A program made the position numbers and the translations under genes. A stretch of 64,000 bases of DNA from a virus. Its lineage: Duplodnaviria > Heunggongvirae > Uroviricota > Caudoviricetes. The notes below the pieces were generated by a model, which was not told the DNA's origin, did not search any database, and worked only from the letters and a program-made list of their open reading frames with translations. Positions 45,769 to 54,097 of this stretch are shown here, piece after piece. Where the stretch lies: IMG/VR virus record IMGVR_UViG_3300028361_000018, one strand, 5' to 3'. The stretch's first letter is position 1, and each line of letters begins with the position of its first letter.

Positions 45769-46413
45769 ATGAAGTTTATAACAGGCAAGTACAAAACATT
45801 TTGGGGTCCATACCAAATTGCAGGACTGCTCAAGTACGTGGGTGTTAAAGAAGACACTTACGACAAAGTAGGCGAGTGGCTAGGTGAAACCTGGGTTGAT
45901 ACTCTAGCACAGTGGTACTACAAGCATCATGGTGATCAGAAAGTTCAAGTTAAAATCTCACCTTGGGATACTTGGAGCATGGATCACACGCTAGGACATA
46001 TCGTGCTGCCCATGCTGCGCCAGCTAAAAACTACCAAGCACGGAGCACCTTATGTAGAGCCAGAGGACGTGCCCCTGCACCTTCGTCCCACAGTTGAAGC
46101 TGGTTTAGATGGCAGCACTGACGATACGCATTTTGAACGTTGGGATTGGGTGTTGGATGAAATGATCTTTGCGTTTGAAAGTATCTACAACGAGTGGGAA
46201 TCTGAGTTTACTAGTGGTGTGCATCACATGCTGGATATTCCTATCAACTTTGCCGGAGACATCGTGGACGAAAAAGACGCTGATCTGTTTCGTTGGGAAG
46301 AAGGCCCCAACAACACCTACAAGATAGACTTTGAAGGAATGAAGGTATACGGTGCTAGGGTCCAAAACGGATTTAGGCTTTTTGGAACCTATTTTACTTC
46401 ACTTTGGGATTAG
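45769..46413 (+). CDS. hypothetical protein
   Basis: Track ORF 45730-46413. ATG at 45769 (MKFITGKYK...). Confidence 0.35.
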   Translation: MKFITGKYKTFWGPYQIAGLLKYVGVKEDTYDKVGEWLGETWVDTLAQWYYKHHGDQKVQVKISPWDTWSMDHTLGHIVLPMLRQLKTTKHGAPYVEPEDVPLHLRPTVEAGLDGSTDDTHFERWDWVLDEMIFAFESIYNEWESEFTSGVHHMLDIPINFAGDIVDEKDADLFRWEEGPNNTYKIDFEGMKVYGARVQNGFRLFGTYFTSLWD

Positions 46414-46417
46414 TAAA

Positions 46418-47179
46418 ATGGCTCTACTTTGTGAGATTAACCGAGTGTCAGACATTGATCGAGCTCCAGCACAGGATAGGATGCAGGACATATTCTCGCT
46501 GGACTGGATCAGTCTTGACGAGGAATTATTGACTTTGTATTACGATAAGGATCCATTAGCAGAATATATTAACTTAAGAGAGTTAGGGCATGTTACGCCC
46601 AACATATTTCAAACTATTGTCAACACCCCCGACGGCCCGTATATAGCTGCTGATGCTTTTAAACGAGTTAGCGAAAAACACTATGCTGTTGCACAAGCAG
46701 TGCGCAACCATTTCAAAAATAAATTTATGTTAATTAGGCTGCATGCCAAGCTGCTTACTCAATTTCAAGTTGACGTAGAAAAAATGTTAGAGCAGCCATT
46801 AGTAATACACAGCAGCAACGTGGCAGCATTCTGCAAACTTTATGACTTCTATCTAGAGGACAAAGCAAGTGAAGAGATTTTTAAGAAAGCCAAACCCCTT
46901 CCGCAAAGGCTTGAATTCTATAATCCACAAGGTGAAATAACATTTATCGGGTCTGTGGATAGAAAAGCTAAAGATTCTGTGTATACTACCTACTATTGGC
47001 TCAGTGTTGACCAGTACCTAATCTCAAAAAAAGTGAAACAATCAGAGCAGGCAGTATGGCAGTACATATCCAAAAAAGGAAAAATAAAGATTAAGGGAGA
47101 CCTACTAACTGGAATAACTGCGGGTCACGATTTTAAACTAGCGAAAATAATTGGAGAACACTATGAAATATACGACTGA
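46418..47179 (+). CDS. hypothetical protein
   Basis: Track ORF 46352-47179. ATG at 46418 (MALLCEIN...). Confidence 0.35.
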   Translation: MALLCEINRVSDIDRAPAQDRMQDIFSLDWISLDEELLTLYYDKDPLAEYINLRELGHVTPNIFQTIVNTPDGPYIAADAFKRVSEKHYAVAQAVRNHFKNKFMLIRLHAKLLTQFQVDVEKMLEQPLVIHSSNVAAFCKLYDFYLEDKASEEIFKKAKPLPQRLEFYNPQGEITFIGSVDRKAKDSVYTTYYWLSVDQYLISKKVKQSEQAVWQYISKKGKIKIKGDLLTGITAGHDFKLAKIIGEHYEIYD

Positions 47180-47474
47180 AGAAACCAATCTACAGGATAA
47201 CCCGGCTGTGTCAAAAGAAGTCCCTACACATGCTGCATTGGTTGATCAATTAGAACAGACCGTATTGGTAGTTACATTTGACAAGAAGGACGGCGCAGAG
47301 AGAGTTATGACCTGTACCAAGAGTCTTGCTGTGATACCAACAGAAAATCACCCTGGCAACACTAAGGCTGCCAAGGAAGGACTAATCAACGTGTGGGACA
47401 CCACAGCACAAGGATGGCGCAGTTTTTACTATAATCGCGTAAAAGTAGTATCATTAGAAAATAGACAAAATTAA
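47163..47474 (+). CDS. hypothetical protein
   Basis: Track ORF 47151-47474. ATG at 47163. Confidence 0.35.
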   Translation: MKYTTEETNLQDNPAVSKEVPTHAALVDQLEQTVLVVTFDKKDGAERVMTCTKSLAVIPTENHPGNTKAAKEGLINVWDTTAQGWRSFYYNRVKVVSLENRQN

Positions 47475-47743
47475 ACCATTAGCAGGTTAAAAAGTCTGCA
47501 AAGAGATAAATAAACGTATAACAAAGGAACTAACGCTTTTAATGAAACTTACTACACTGCTGTCATCACTAACAACTACTTGGAATAATTCGAGTAATAG
47601 TGTTATGGTGGGTTTGGTGTAGAGCGAAAGAACAGTTCGACACTTTACAAGCCCACTGCACACGCACTGGGCTTTTTTTGTGTAAGAAATTTGTAGCATT
47701 ACTAGTATTGAAAATAACAACTATCAATTCTGAGCTGATAAAT

Positions 47744-48451
47744 ATGAAATGTGTACACTGTGGAAAGAAATTTAAAGATGATAGCAAAGAGTCTGCTCAT
47801 GCTAGACTATGTAAAATGAACTTGGACAAACATAGTGATCCGCTGAGCAAGCATCATACTCCGTCGGGGTTTTCTGACCGCGTGGCCTTTCGCTTAACCA
47901 GGCTGTTGCGGTTTTTTGCAGACCTATTTTTTGCCAAACGCTATGGCCATCGTGCGGTAGTATTGGAAACCGTAGCCGCAGTACCGGGAATGGTCGGAGG
48001 AATGCTGGGGCACATGCGCTCCCTCCGTCGGATGGAGGACAATCGGGAATGGATTCACACGCTGCTGGAAGAGGCTGAAAACGAGCGCATGCACCTGATG
48101 ACGTTTGTGCAAATTGCTCAGCCCAGCTTTCTGGAACGGGTGTTGATTTTGTTGGCGCAGGGAATTTTCTTCACCAGCTTTCTGTTTCTCTATGTTGTTT
48201 CGGGCCGCACCGCACATCGGCTAGTGGGTTATTTTGAAGAAGAGGCGGTTTACAGCTATAGCGAATACCTGGCTGAGGTGGACAGCGGCCGTTTGGAAAA
48301 CGTGGCCGCGCCGCAGATTGCAATTGACTATTGGAAATTGCCCGTCGATGCGACTTTGCGCGATGTCATTATAGTGGTCAGAATGGACGAAGTGGGTCAT
48401 CGAGACACCAATCACCGCTTTGCAGATAGTTTAATTAATTTTAAAAAGTAG
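47744..48451 (+). CDS. plastoquinol terminal oxidase / alternative oxidase (PTOX)
   Basis: Track ORF 47600-48451. ATG at 47744. LETVAAVPGMV, NERMHLM, FEEEAV.SY..Y, DE..HRD are the diiron AOX/PTOX ligand motifs. Region is visibly more GC-rich than its surroundings. Confidence 0.85.
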   Translation: MKCVHCGKKFKDDSKESAHARLCKMNLDKHSDPLSKHHTPSGFSDRVAFRLTRLLRFFADLFFAKRYGHRAVVLETVAAVPGMVGGMLGHMRSLRRMEDNREWIHTLLEEAENERMHLMTFVQIAQPSFLERVLILLAQGIFFTSFLFLYVVSGRTAHRLVGYFEEEAVYSYSEYLAEVDSGRLENVAAPQIAIDYWKLPVDATLRDVIIVVRMDEVGHRDTNHRFADSLINFKK

Positions 48452-48480
48452 TTGACAGGCAAGTGCACAGGCCATATACT
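48452..48480 (+). promoter_or_regulatory. sigma70-like promoter TTGACA-N17-TATACT driving the tRNA cluster
   Basis: TTGACA 48452-48457, TATACT 48475-48480. Followed by a conserved 45-nt leader that is also found at 58368. Confidence 0.5.
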
Positions 48481-48547
48481 TAGTGCATAGGTTAGCAAAA
48501 CAGCTAACACGCTCTTTAACAATAGAAAGTAAAAACAAAAGTTTATC

Positions 48548-48633
48548 GGAAGGTGCCGCTAATTGGATGGCAACTGGATTTGAACTCCAGGGTATTTGCA
48601 AAACAGGTAGGGGTTCGATTCCTCCACCTTCCT
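48548..48633 (+). tRNA. tRNA-Ser (anticodon UGA), type II
   Basis: Acceptor GGAAGGT/ACCTTCC. Anticodon arm CTGGA-TTTGAAC-TCCAG. Long variable arm. T-arm GGGG-TTCGATT-CCTC. CCA not encoded (ends TCA). Confidence 0.65.
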
Positions 48634-48844
48634 CAAACTTTAAAGTAAAACACACTAAGACGTGGATGTCACTCCAGACGTGGGGAAGACAGGTTCGAGA
48701 CCTGTAATGGTAAATCCTGGTTTCGAAACCAGGTAGTGTGTTTTACTTTAAAGTTTATAGTAAAGCATACTAAGGCATGACAGACACTTTTAACGTGTTT
48801 GACTAGGTCCTACACCCAATAGTATGCTTTACTATAAAGTTTAT

Positions 48845-48935
48845 AGTAGATTGGCTGAGTGATCTAAGGCGTTCCGCTGCTAACGGAAAAGTTCACATTG
48901 TGGGCTCGAAGGTTTGAATCCTTCATCTACTGCCA
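48845..48935 (+). tRNA. tRNA-Ser (anticodon GCU), type II
   Basis: Acceptor AGTAGAT/ATCTACT + G + CCA. Anticodon arm TTCCG-CTGCTAA-CGGAA. Long variable arm. T-arm GAAGG-TTTGAAT-CCTTC. Confidence 0.7.
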
Positions 48936-49149
48936 TTTAGGAGGACAACCCCCGGGCTCTCCGCTATTTTAATGTAAATCAAGGAAATATAATGTATCCA
49001 TATCCAGGATTTTACGTAATGAGAACGAACTGCGGAAAGTGATGTCTAGGACAATAATAGACCGTGGAGCAGCAGAAAGTTGGAAAAGTTTTTGTGAAGA
49101 CTCAGAATCCAAACAAGAGTTTTTTATTGTAGAAATAAAGTAAAAGTTT

Positions 49150-49917
49150 ATGCCTCAGGTACAGGGTACGGATTGGTCTCCAAAACCAGTAAGCGGGGTT
49201 CGCAAAATGATAAATAGTCGTATGAACTATAACAAACATTATGCGACATTGATTGAACGAGCAAAAACACGAGTATTTGACGGTTACACTGAGAAACATC
49301 ATATTGTTCCTAGATGCTTAGGCGGCACAGATGACAGAGAGAATATAGTAGCATTAACTCCTGAAGAGCACTATGTAGCACATCAGTTACTAGTTAAGAT
49401 GCACCCAAAGGAACATAAGTTGGTATACGCTGCTAATATGATGACTGTTAGTAGTAGAAAGAATTTGCGTAGTAATAAACAGTACGGATGGATAAAGAAA
49501 CGTTACATTAGCGAGTGTAGAAAACGAAAAGGAAGTGAAAACTCGTCGTACGGGAAGCCCTGGTATTATAATCCTGAGACTTTAGAAAACGGGAAGTTTC
49601 TTAAAGAAAATGTTCCAATAGGCTGGATTAAAGGGAGAAAATCAACACAGAAGCATTGTACTGGTTGTCTGGTTAAAATTACTTCACAGCATGCAAAATA
49701 TTGTCAAGGATGCCTTACTAAATTACAGCTAAGTCGTGTAACAAAAAACGAATTAGAATTTTTGAAAAGAAAAGACAAGTTTATTAGCCTAATAGAAGAA
49801 GGTTATGCCTTCTCGACAGCACTCGACAAAATGGGATATGGCAATTCATATTCGTTAAAGTCCGGGGTAGGCAAGTGGGCTAAAGAAGTTTTATATGCGT
49901 CGGGTACTGGGTACTGA
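49150..49917 (+). CDS. HNH homing endonuclease
   Basis: 255 aa. TEKHHIVPRCLGGTDDRENIVALTPEEHYVAHQLL HNH core. Flanked by ~30-bp imperfect direct repeats (49160-49192 and 49900-49932). Confidence 0.65.
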   Translation: MPQVQGTDWSPKPVSGVRKMINSRMNYNKHYATLIERAKTRVFDGYTEKHHIVPRCLGGTDDRENIVALTPEEHYVAHQLLVKMHPKEHKLVYAANMMTVSSRKNLRSNKQYGWIKKRYISECRKRKGSENSSYGKPWYYNPETLENGKFLKENVPIGWIKGRKSTQKHCTGCLVKITSQHAKYCQGCLTKLQLSRVTKNELEFLKRKDKFISLIEEGYAFSTALDKMGYGNSYSLKSGVGKWAKEVLYASGTGY

Positions 49918-49983
49918 TTGGTCTCCAAAACCGATCTTGTGAGGATCGTAACCTCGTCGACGCGCCAATTTAGAGGAAGTGTT

Positions 49984-50157
49984 ATGATAGCGTGTGTATG
50001 CAGAAACATTAAAGACAGCAGCTACGACACGCTAGAGGCTCTTAAACTGCGTATTATGCAGGATGACGCTGTATGCGGTAAGTGTCAAGTTTATTATAAA
50101 CGAACAGAAAGAGCAGTAAATAGTACAGCCAACTACGGGGTGTCTAGATTAGGCTAG
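49984..50157 (+). CDS. small Cys-containing hypothetical (57 aa)
   Basis: Track ORF 49918-50157. ATG at 49984. Confidence 0.3.
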   Translation: MIACVCRNIKDSSYDTLEALKLRIMQDDAVCGKCQVYYKRTERAVNSTANYGVSRLG

Positions 50158-50227
50158 CATAGTGAGGACCTAGTCCAATAACTGAGCAGGGCGGTGCTGC
50201 TACACTCCACATATTGTAAATGAGGAG

Positions 50228-50256
50228 TTGACAGATAGTAAATACATTGCTATTGT
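50228..50256 (+). promoter_or_regulatory. sigma70-like promoter TTGACA-N17-TATTGT
   Basis: TTGACA 50228-50233, TATTGT 50251-50256. Confidence 0.4.
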
Positions 50257-50282
50257 AGTTAAACATTAAAGTAAAGAGGATA

Positions 50283-50750
50283 ATGAACATGAAGGTCAAA
50301 CTGTTAGCAGGCGTACTTGCAATTGCTCTATCTGCTCCTTTAGTTGCAGGACAGCGAGTTAACGCACAAGTAGTTCATCACTACCGAGATGTAGCAGTAC
50401 AGACACCTCATGTGAGCCAGCAGTGTGGTGTCGAACAGGTTCCGGTCTACGGTACAGTTCGACAGCAGGGCAGCACATCAGACACTCTGATAGGTGCAGT
50501 AATAGGTGCAGCAGTAGGAAGGCAGTTTGGCGGAGGAAGTGGACGTGATGCAGCCACTGCGGCAGGTGCATTGATTGGTGGCGCTAGAGGACACTCAGGT
50601 TCTACCTCCACAGTAGTAGTAGGCTATAGACAGGAGCAACGTTGTTTTAACAGTACCACGTACTCTACGTCGTATCAGCAGCAATATGATTACAGTATTG
50701 TGAAATTTGTTGAGAACGGACGAGAAGTAACTTTACAGTATCAGAAATAA
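50283..50750 (+). CDS. secreted glycine-zipper protein (17-kDa-antigen/Slp-like)
   Basis: 155 aa. Signal peptide MNMKVKLLAGVLAIALSAPLVAG. GAVIGAAVGRQFGGGSGRDAATAAGALIGGARG glycine-zipper segment. Confidence 0.45.
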   Translation: MNMKVKLLAGVLAIALSAPLVAGQRVNAQVVHHYRDVAVQTPHVSQQCGVEQVPVYGTVRQQGSTSDTLIGAVIGAAVGRQFGGGSGRDAATAAGALIGGARGHSGSTSTVVVGYRQEQRCFNSTTYSTSYQQQYDYSIVKFVENGREVTLQYQK

Positions 50751-50816
50751 GGGATTGACAAACACAACACAGATGTTATTATAGTTATACATTAAAGCAA
50801 GATAAGTGTTATTTGC

Positions 50817-50889
50817 TCCTAAGTAGCTCAGTTGGTAGAGCGTCGGTCTGTTAAACCGAATGTCGCTGGATCGTGCCCGGCCTTAGGAG
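50817..50889 (+). tRNA. tRNA-Asn (anticodon GUU)
   Basis: Acceptor TCCTAAG/CTTAGGA, discriminator G (as in E. coli tRNA-Asn, which starts UCCUCUG). D-arm GCTC-AGTTGGTA-GAGC. Anticodon arm TCGGT-CTGTTAA-ACCGA. CCA not encoded. Confidence 0.7.
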
Positions 50890-50912
50890 CAAATAACATT
50901 TTTAGAATTTAT

Positions 50913-50995
50913 TCCTCGGTAGACAAAATGGTAAAGTCGCCGGACTGTTAATCCGGTTCCGCAAGGAGCTGTAGGTTCGAAGCCTACCCGGGGAG
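50913..50995 (+). tRNA. type II tRNA with apparent anticodon GUU (Tyr-like body; isotype uncertain)
   Basis: Acceptor TCCTCGG/CCGGGGA. Anticodon arm CCGGA-CTGTTAA-TCCGG. 14-nt variable arm TTCCGCAAGGAGCT. T-arm GTAGG-TTCGAAG-CCTAC. The loop differs from E. coli tRNA-Tyr (CUGUAAA) by one base. Confidence 0.5.
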
Positions 50996-51030
50996 CATTT
51001 GAGTCTTAACTTAGTGTTAAGACTCGAACT

Positions 51031-51684
51031 TTGTATAAATACAGTATGAACTATACTATATACAAAGTTACAAATAAGATGAACGGCAAGATCTATATCG
51101 GATCTCATAAGACCCCTAATCTTAATGACGGCTATATGGGCTCAGGTAAGTATTTGAAGCGAGCATTAGAAAAACACGGAATTGATAATTTTGTGAAAGA
51201 AATATTGTTTATTTTTGATACTCCTGAGCTAATGTACGCAAAAGAAGCAGAATTAGTAAATGAAGAATTTTTGACAGAAGCTAACACTTATAATTTAAAA
51301 GTAGGTGGATTTGGTGGATGGGACTATGTTAACAAAAACAATTCTTCGCATTCAAAAGAACATATGAATAAAATGTGTAAAGCTAGAATATCAAAGTATC
51401 CAAACGGTACTTTTTACGGCAGAAGTCATACAGAAGAGACCAACAAACGCATTAGCACTTCCTTAGCAGCATTGGCCCTTAGAACTTTTTTAGGAAAAAA
51501 ACATACTGACGCAACTAAACAACTAATTAGTGAAAAGGCTAAAATTCATAGTAAAGGAAAACGAAATTCGCAGTTTGGTACGATGTGGATTACAAACGAA
51601 GTAGAATCAAAGAAGATTAAGAAGACTGAACTTATACCAGAAGGGTACAGAAGAGGCCGAGTAGTAAACAAGACGTTACAGTAA
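51031..51684 (+). CDS. GIY-YIG homing endonuclease (Seg/I-TevI-like)
   Basis: 217 aa. YTIYKVTNKMNGKIYIGSHKT...YMGSG...NLKVGGFGG GIY-YIG core with a C-terminal NUMOD-like basic region. Paralogous to the 54414 and 55360 ORFs. Confidence 0.7.
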   Translation: MYKYSMNYTIYKVTNKMNGKIYIGSHKTPNLNDGYMGSGKYLKRALEKHGIDNFVKEILFIFDTPELMYAKEAELVNEEFLTEANTYNLKVGGFGGWDYVNKNNSSHSKEHMNKMCKARISKYPNGTFYGRSHTEETNKRISTSLAALALRTFLGKKHTDATKQLISEKAKIHSKGKRNSQFGTMWITNEVESKKIKKTELIPEGYRRGRVVNKTLQ

Positions 51685-51893
51685 AACATTTAGGACATAG
51701 GTTCACAACAGACGTAGAGGAACAAGTTTGAGTCCTATAATGGTAGATCCTGGTCCGTCCTCGGTCGCCAGCACGTTCCACCAATTTATGCAGGGTAAGT
51801 CCAGTGCTTTCTGGTATGAATCCATAAGAGGTGTTAGGGGTTATCCACAGCATCCACCAGGGGTTAGAATCCCCAACCCTGCTCCATTTTTAT

Positions 51894-51969
51894 TGCCTCG
51901 TAGCTCAATTGGCAGAGCGCCTGACTTTGACTCAGGAGGTTGTAGGATCATACCCTACCGGGGCTGCCA
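51894..51969 (+). tRNA. tRNA-Gln (anticodon UUG)
   Basis: Acceptor TGCCTCG/CGGGGCT with U1 (as in E. coli tRNA-Gln) and discriminator G + CCA. Anticodon arm CCTGA-CTTTGAC-TCAGG. T-arm GTAGG-ATCATAC-CCTAC. Confidence 0.65.
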
Positions 51970-51978
51970 AACAAACAG

Positions 51979-52006
51979 TTGACAAAACTGTAAAAGACTG
52001 TATACT
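51979..52006 (+). promoter_or_regulatory. sigma70-like promoter TTGACA-N16-TATACT
   Basis: TTGACA 51979-51984, TATACT 52001-52006. Confidence 0.4.
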
Positions 52007-52037
52007 GTGTATAACAGTTAGATAAAAGGTAAGCGGT

Positions 52038-52490
52038 ATGATAGTACAAGTTCCAGGACATCGCTCCTACAAGTGGTTTTTAAAAGAAGAGAACAACAGT
52101 TGTGCTATGATAAACTTTGCTTACACTACCAACTTTCCGTTGGTTACACAAGTAATTGATCGAGAGTACGAAGAACGAGTTAGGACTAGAGGAAACAATG
52201 CATCGTATCATTGGCCTGAGGTCATACGCACGTTGCCAAAACCTAACAATTCAGTACCTGCGTTTGAAAGTTCGCCGCACGTTTGGCACTTTAAGGACAC
52301 TGAAACTGATATAGAATTTTTATTGCTTAGTGACGGACTTCGCAAGAATCATTACAAAGGCTCAAAGATTGAAGTAATGTGCGACACACACAGGCATCAT
52401 AAACAGGACGCAATGTTAGCAGCAGCGTACAGCAGATTGTTAGAATTTGTTGAACAGTGCCATAACAATGCGCAACAGAATAACTCCTAG
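52038..52490 (+). CDS. hypothetical protein (150 aa)
   Basis: ORF track. Confidence 0.4.
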   Translation: MIVQVPGHRSYKWFLKEENNSCAMINFAYTTNFPLVTQVIDREYEERVRTRGNNASYHWPEVIRTLPKPNNSVPAFESSPHVWHFKDTETDIEFLLLSDGLRKNHYKGSKIEVMCDTHRHHKQDAMLAAAYSRLLEFVEQCHNNAQQNNS

Positions 52491-52533
52491 TCGATTAGTG
52501 GCTAAATCACTTGGCTTATTTTTAAAACTATAC

Positions 52534-52609
52534 GCTCTTATCGTCTAAAGGTTAGGACACTGGACTTTCACTCCAGTAATGTTGGGTTCGAGTCCCACTA
52601 AGAGCACCA
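52534..52609 (+). tRNA. tRNA-Glu (anticodon UUC)
   Basis: Acceptor GCTCTTA/TAAGAGC + A + CCA. Anticodon arm CTGGA-CTTTCAC-TCCAG. T-arm TTGGG-TTCGAGT-CCCAC. Confidence 0.7.
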
Positions 52610-52611
52610 AC

Positions 52612-53469
52612 TTAATCGTATAGAACTTTATAGTCGGTAACAAAATAGAAATCAGTAACATAATCAAATACAAATTTTAGATCCTTTTTATACAGTATAT
52701 CAATAGGTTCCGACACTGACTGTAATTTTAAGTCAACAACATGGGTGTAATAACCTTTGATCTCAACAAGACGCCCGTTGACACGAAAATCTGGATAATA
52801 CTTTCTGTGCTTACCGTTGTAATAATATTTCCAAGATTCTTTATTACGTTCAATGCAGATTTGGTGATCAACACAAAAAATATAGTAACACAGTTCGTAT
52901 GTAGATGCTAAATAAAAACCTTTATAATATCCACCTTTACTATTTCCGGATCCTTTACGTTCGCCACCAGAATACGGTATAAAGCAGCTAAATGAACAGT
53001 ATTTTTTACTTTCTTCACAAGGATAGGCATAAAATTTATTTTGGCAAGTTTCAGAAGAGCAAGTTTTATACGTTCCTTTACGTTGAAAAGTCGGCCTATT
53101 AGTAACAAATCCGGAAGGATTATTTTTAGCATACAACGAAAGTTTCTTCTTGGTGCTCTCCTTTACTTTCCGTTTAGTATTTGTAAATGTCGTTGAACAA
53201 GATTTTGAACAAAAAGTGCTGTGCCGTTTTTCAAATGGAAGAGCTAGGGTGCACGACTTACAAAACTTATCAGCTGTTTCCTTAAACTGATTAATTGTGT
53301 TTTGTTTTAGTTTACTTGAAATTTGTGGAGCCACAAATTTCATTCGCTGCTGATGTGCAACTCTTTGAGCAGCATCATGAGAAAGTCGATGATGTCCAGC
53401 TATGCCTTTGGCGGATAACTGTTTGCCGCATATGATACAAGAACATATAGGTGATTTATAAATATGCAA
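52612..53469 (-). CDS. Cys-rich putative endonuclease (PD-(D/E)XK-like core; possible homing endonuclease)
   Basis: 285 aa, the only convincing minus-strand gene in the tRNA island. N-terminal CxxC...HH zinc-finger-like segments. C-terminal YYPDFRVNGRLVEIKG resembles a PD...E.K nuclease motif. Confidence 0.45.
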   Translation of the reverse strand: MHIYKSPICSCIICGKQLSAKGIAGHHRLSHDAAQRVAHQQRMKFVAPQISSKLKQNTINQFKETADKFCKSCTLALPFEKRHSTFCSKSCSTTFTNTKRKVKESTKKKLSLYAKNNPSGFVTNRPTFQRKGTYKTCSSETCQNKFYAYPCEESKKYCSFSCFIPYSGGERKGSGNSKGGYYKGFYLASTYELCYYIFCVDHQICIERNKESWKYYYNGKHRKYYPDFRVNGRLVEIKGYYTHVVDLKLQSVSEPIDILYKKDLKFVFDYVTDFYFVTDYKVLYD

Positions 53470-53574
53470 GTTAGTAACTCCGTTTTTATCTAATAGTGCG
53501 GTTAATTCACAATGTATTTATGTAAAGTCACCCAAGAGCAAGGGGATCGATACCCCTCTAGGAGACCATTTTAT

Positions 53575-53650
53575 AGTACCATAGTATAGCGGCTCTGTAC
53601 ACTCGGCTGATAACCGAGAGGTCCTGGATCGACACCAGGTGGTACTACCA
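53575..53650 (+). tRNA. tRNA-Ile (anticodon GAU)
   Basis: Acceptor AGTACCA/TGGTACT + A + CCA. Anticodon arm CTCGG-CTGATAA-CCGAG. T-arm CCTGG-ATCGACA-CCAGG. Confidence 0.7.
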
Positions 53651-53747
53651 AGCAATGGGGTGTTAGCTAACGACCAATGCGCTCGGTATAATTTCAGAGC
53701 CGAGAACGGGTAACTACGCAGTCCCGTACATTCCACCAAACAAGTAG

Positions 53748-53775
53748 TTGACACAGCGCTTATTGATGCTATACT
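53748..53775 (+). promoter_or_regulatory. sigma70-like promoter TTGACA-N16-TATACT
   Basis: TTGACA 53748-53753, TATACT 53770-53775. Confidence 0.4.
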
Positions 53776-53818
53776 TTGTACATAGTAAACAAACACACGT
53801 TAATAAAGAGTAAGAAAC

Positions 53819-54097
53819 ATGGTACGCTTACCAGAACAGTATATCGCAACCAAGCATAGAGGCTACTTTTTCAACACTGAGAACGAGACACTGTACTCGA
53901 TCAAGATAGACGGCATACTAAAGCCTATGAAGTTGCTACGGCCTAATCATTTTAACTACATGAAAGAACCGTTCTTTCGTATTAGTGTCAAAGGAATACG
54001 AAAGTGTTATCCGTTAACAAGTTTGAAAGAGTTAGCAGAGAAAGAAAAAGCGAATCCCAGGATTGATGTTATTCCTGAGATGGCAACAACATTTTAA
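53819..54097 (+). CDS. hypothetical protein (92 aa)
   Basis: ORF track. Confidence 0.35.
   Translation: MVRLPEQYIATKHRGYFFNTENETLYSIKIDGILKPMKLLRPNHFNYMKEPFFRISVKGIRKCYPLTSLKELAEKEKANPRIDVIPEMATTF

Noticed and set aside
48483-48707. 74-aa + strand ORF over the first Ser tRNA
   Set aside because: Overlaps tRNA-Ser(UGA) and the inverted-repeat elements. The sequence is explained by RNA genes.
51728-52025. Two overlapping ORFs (84 and 64 aa) across tRNA-Gln and a promoter
   Set aside because: They span tRNA-Gln (51894-51969) and the promoter at 51979. No RBS. RNA and regulatory features explain the region.
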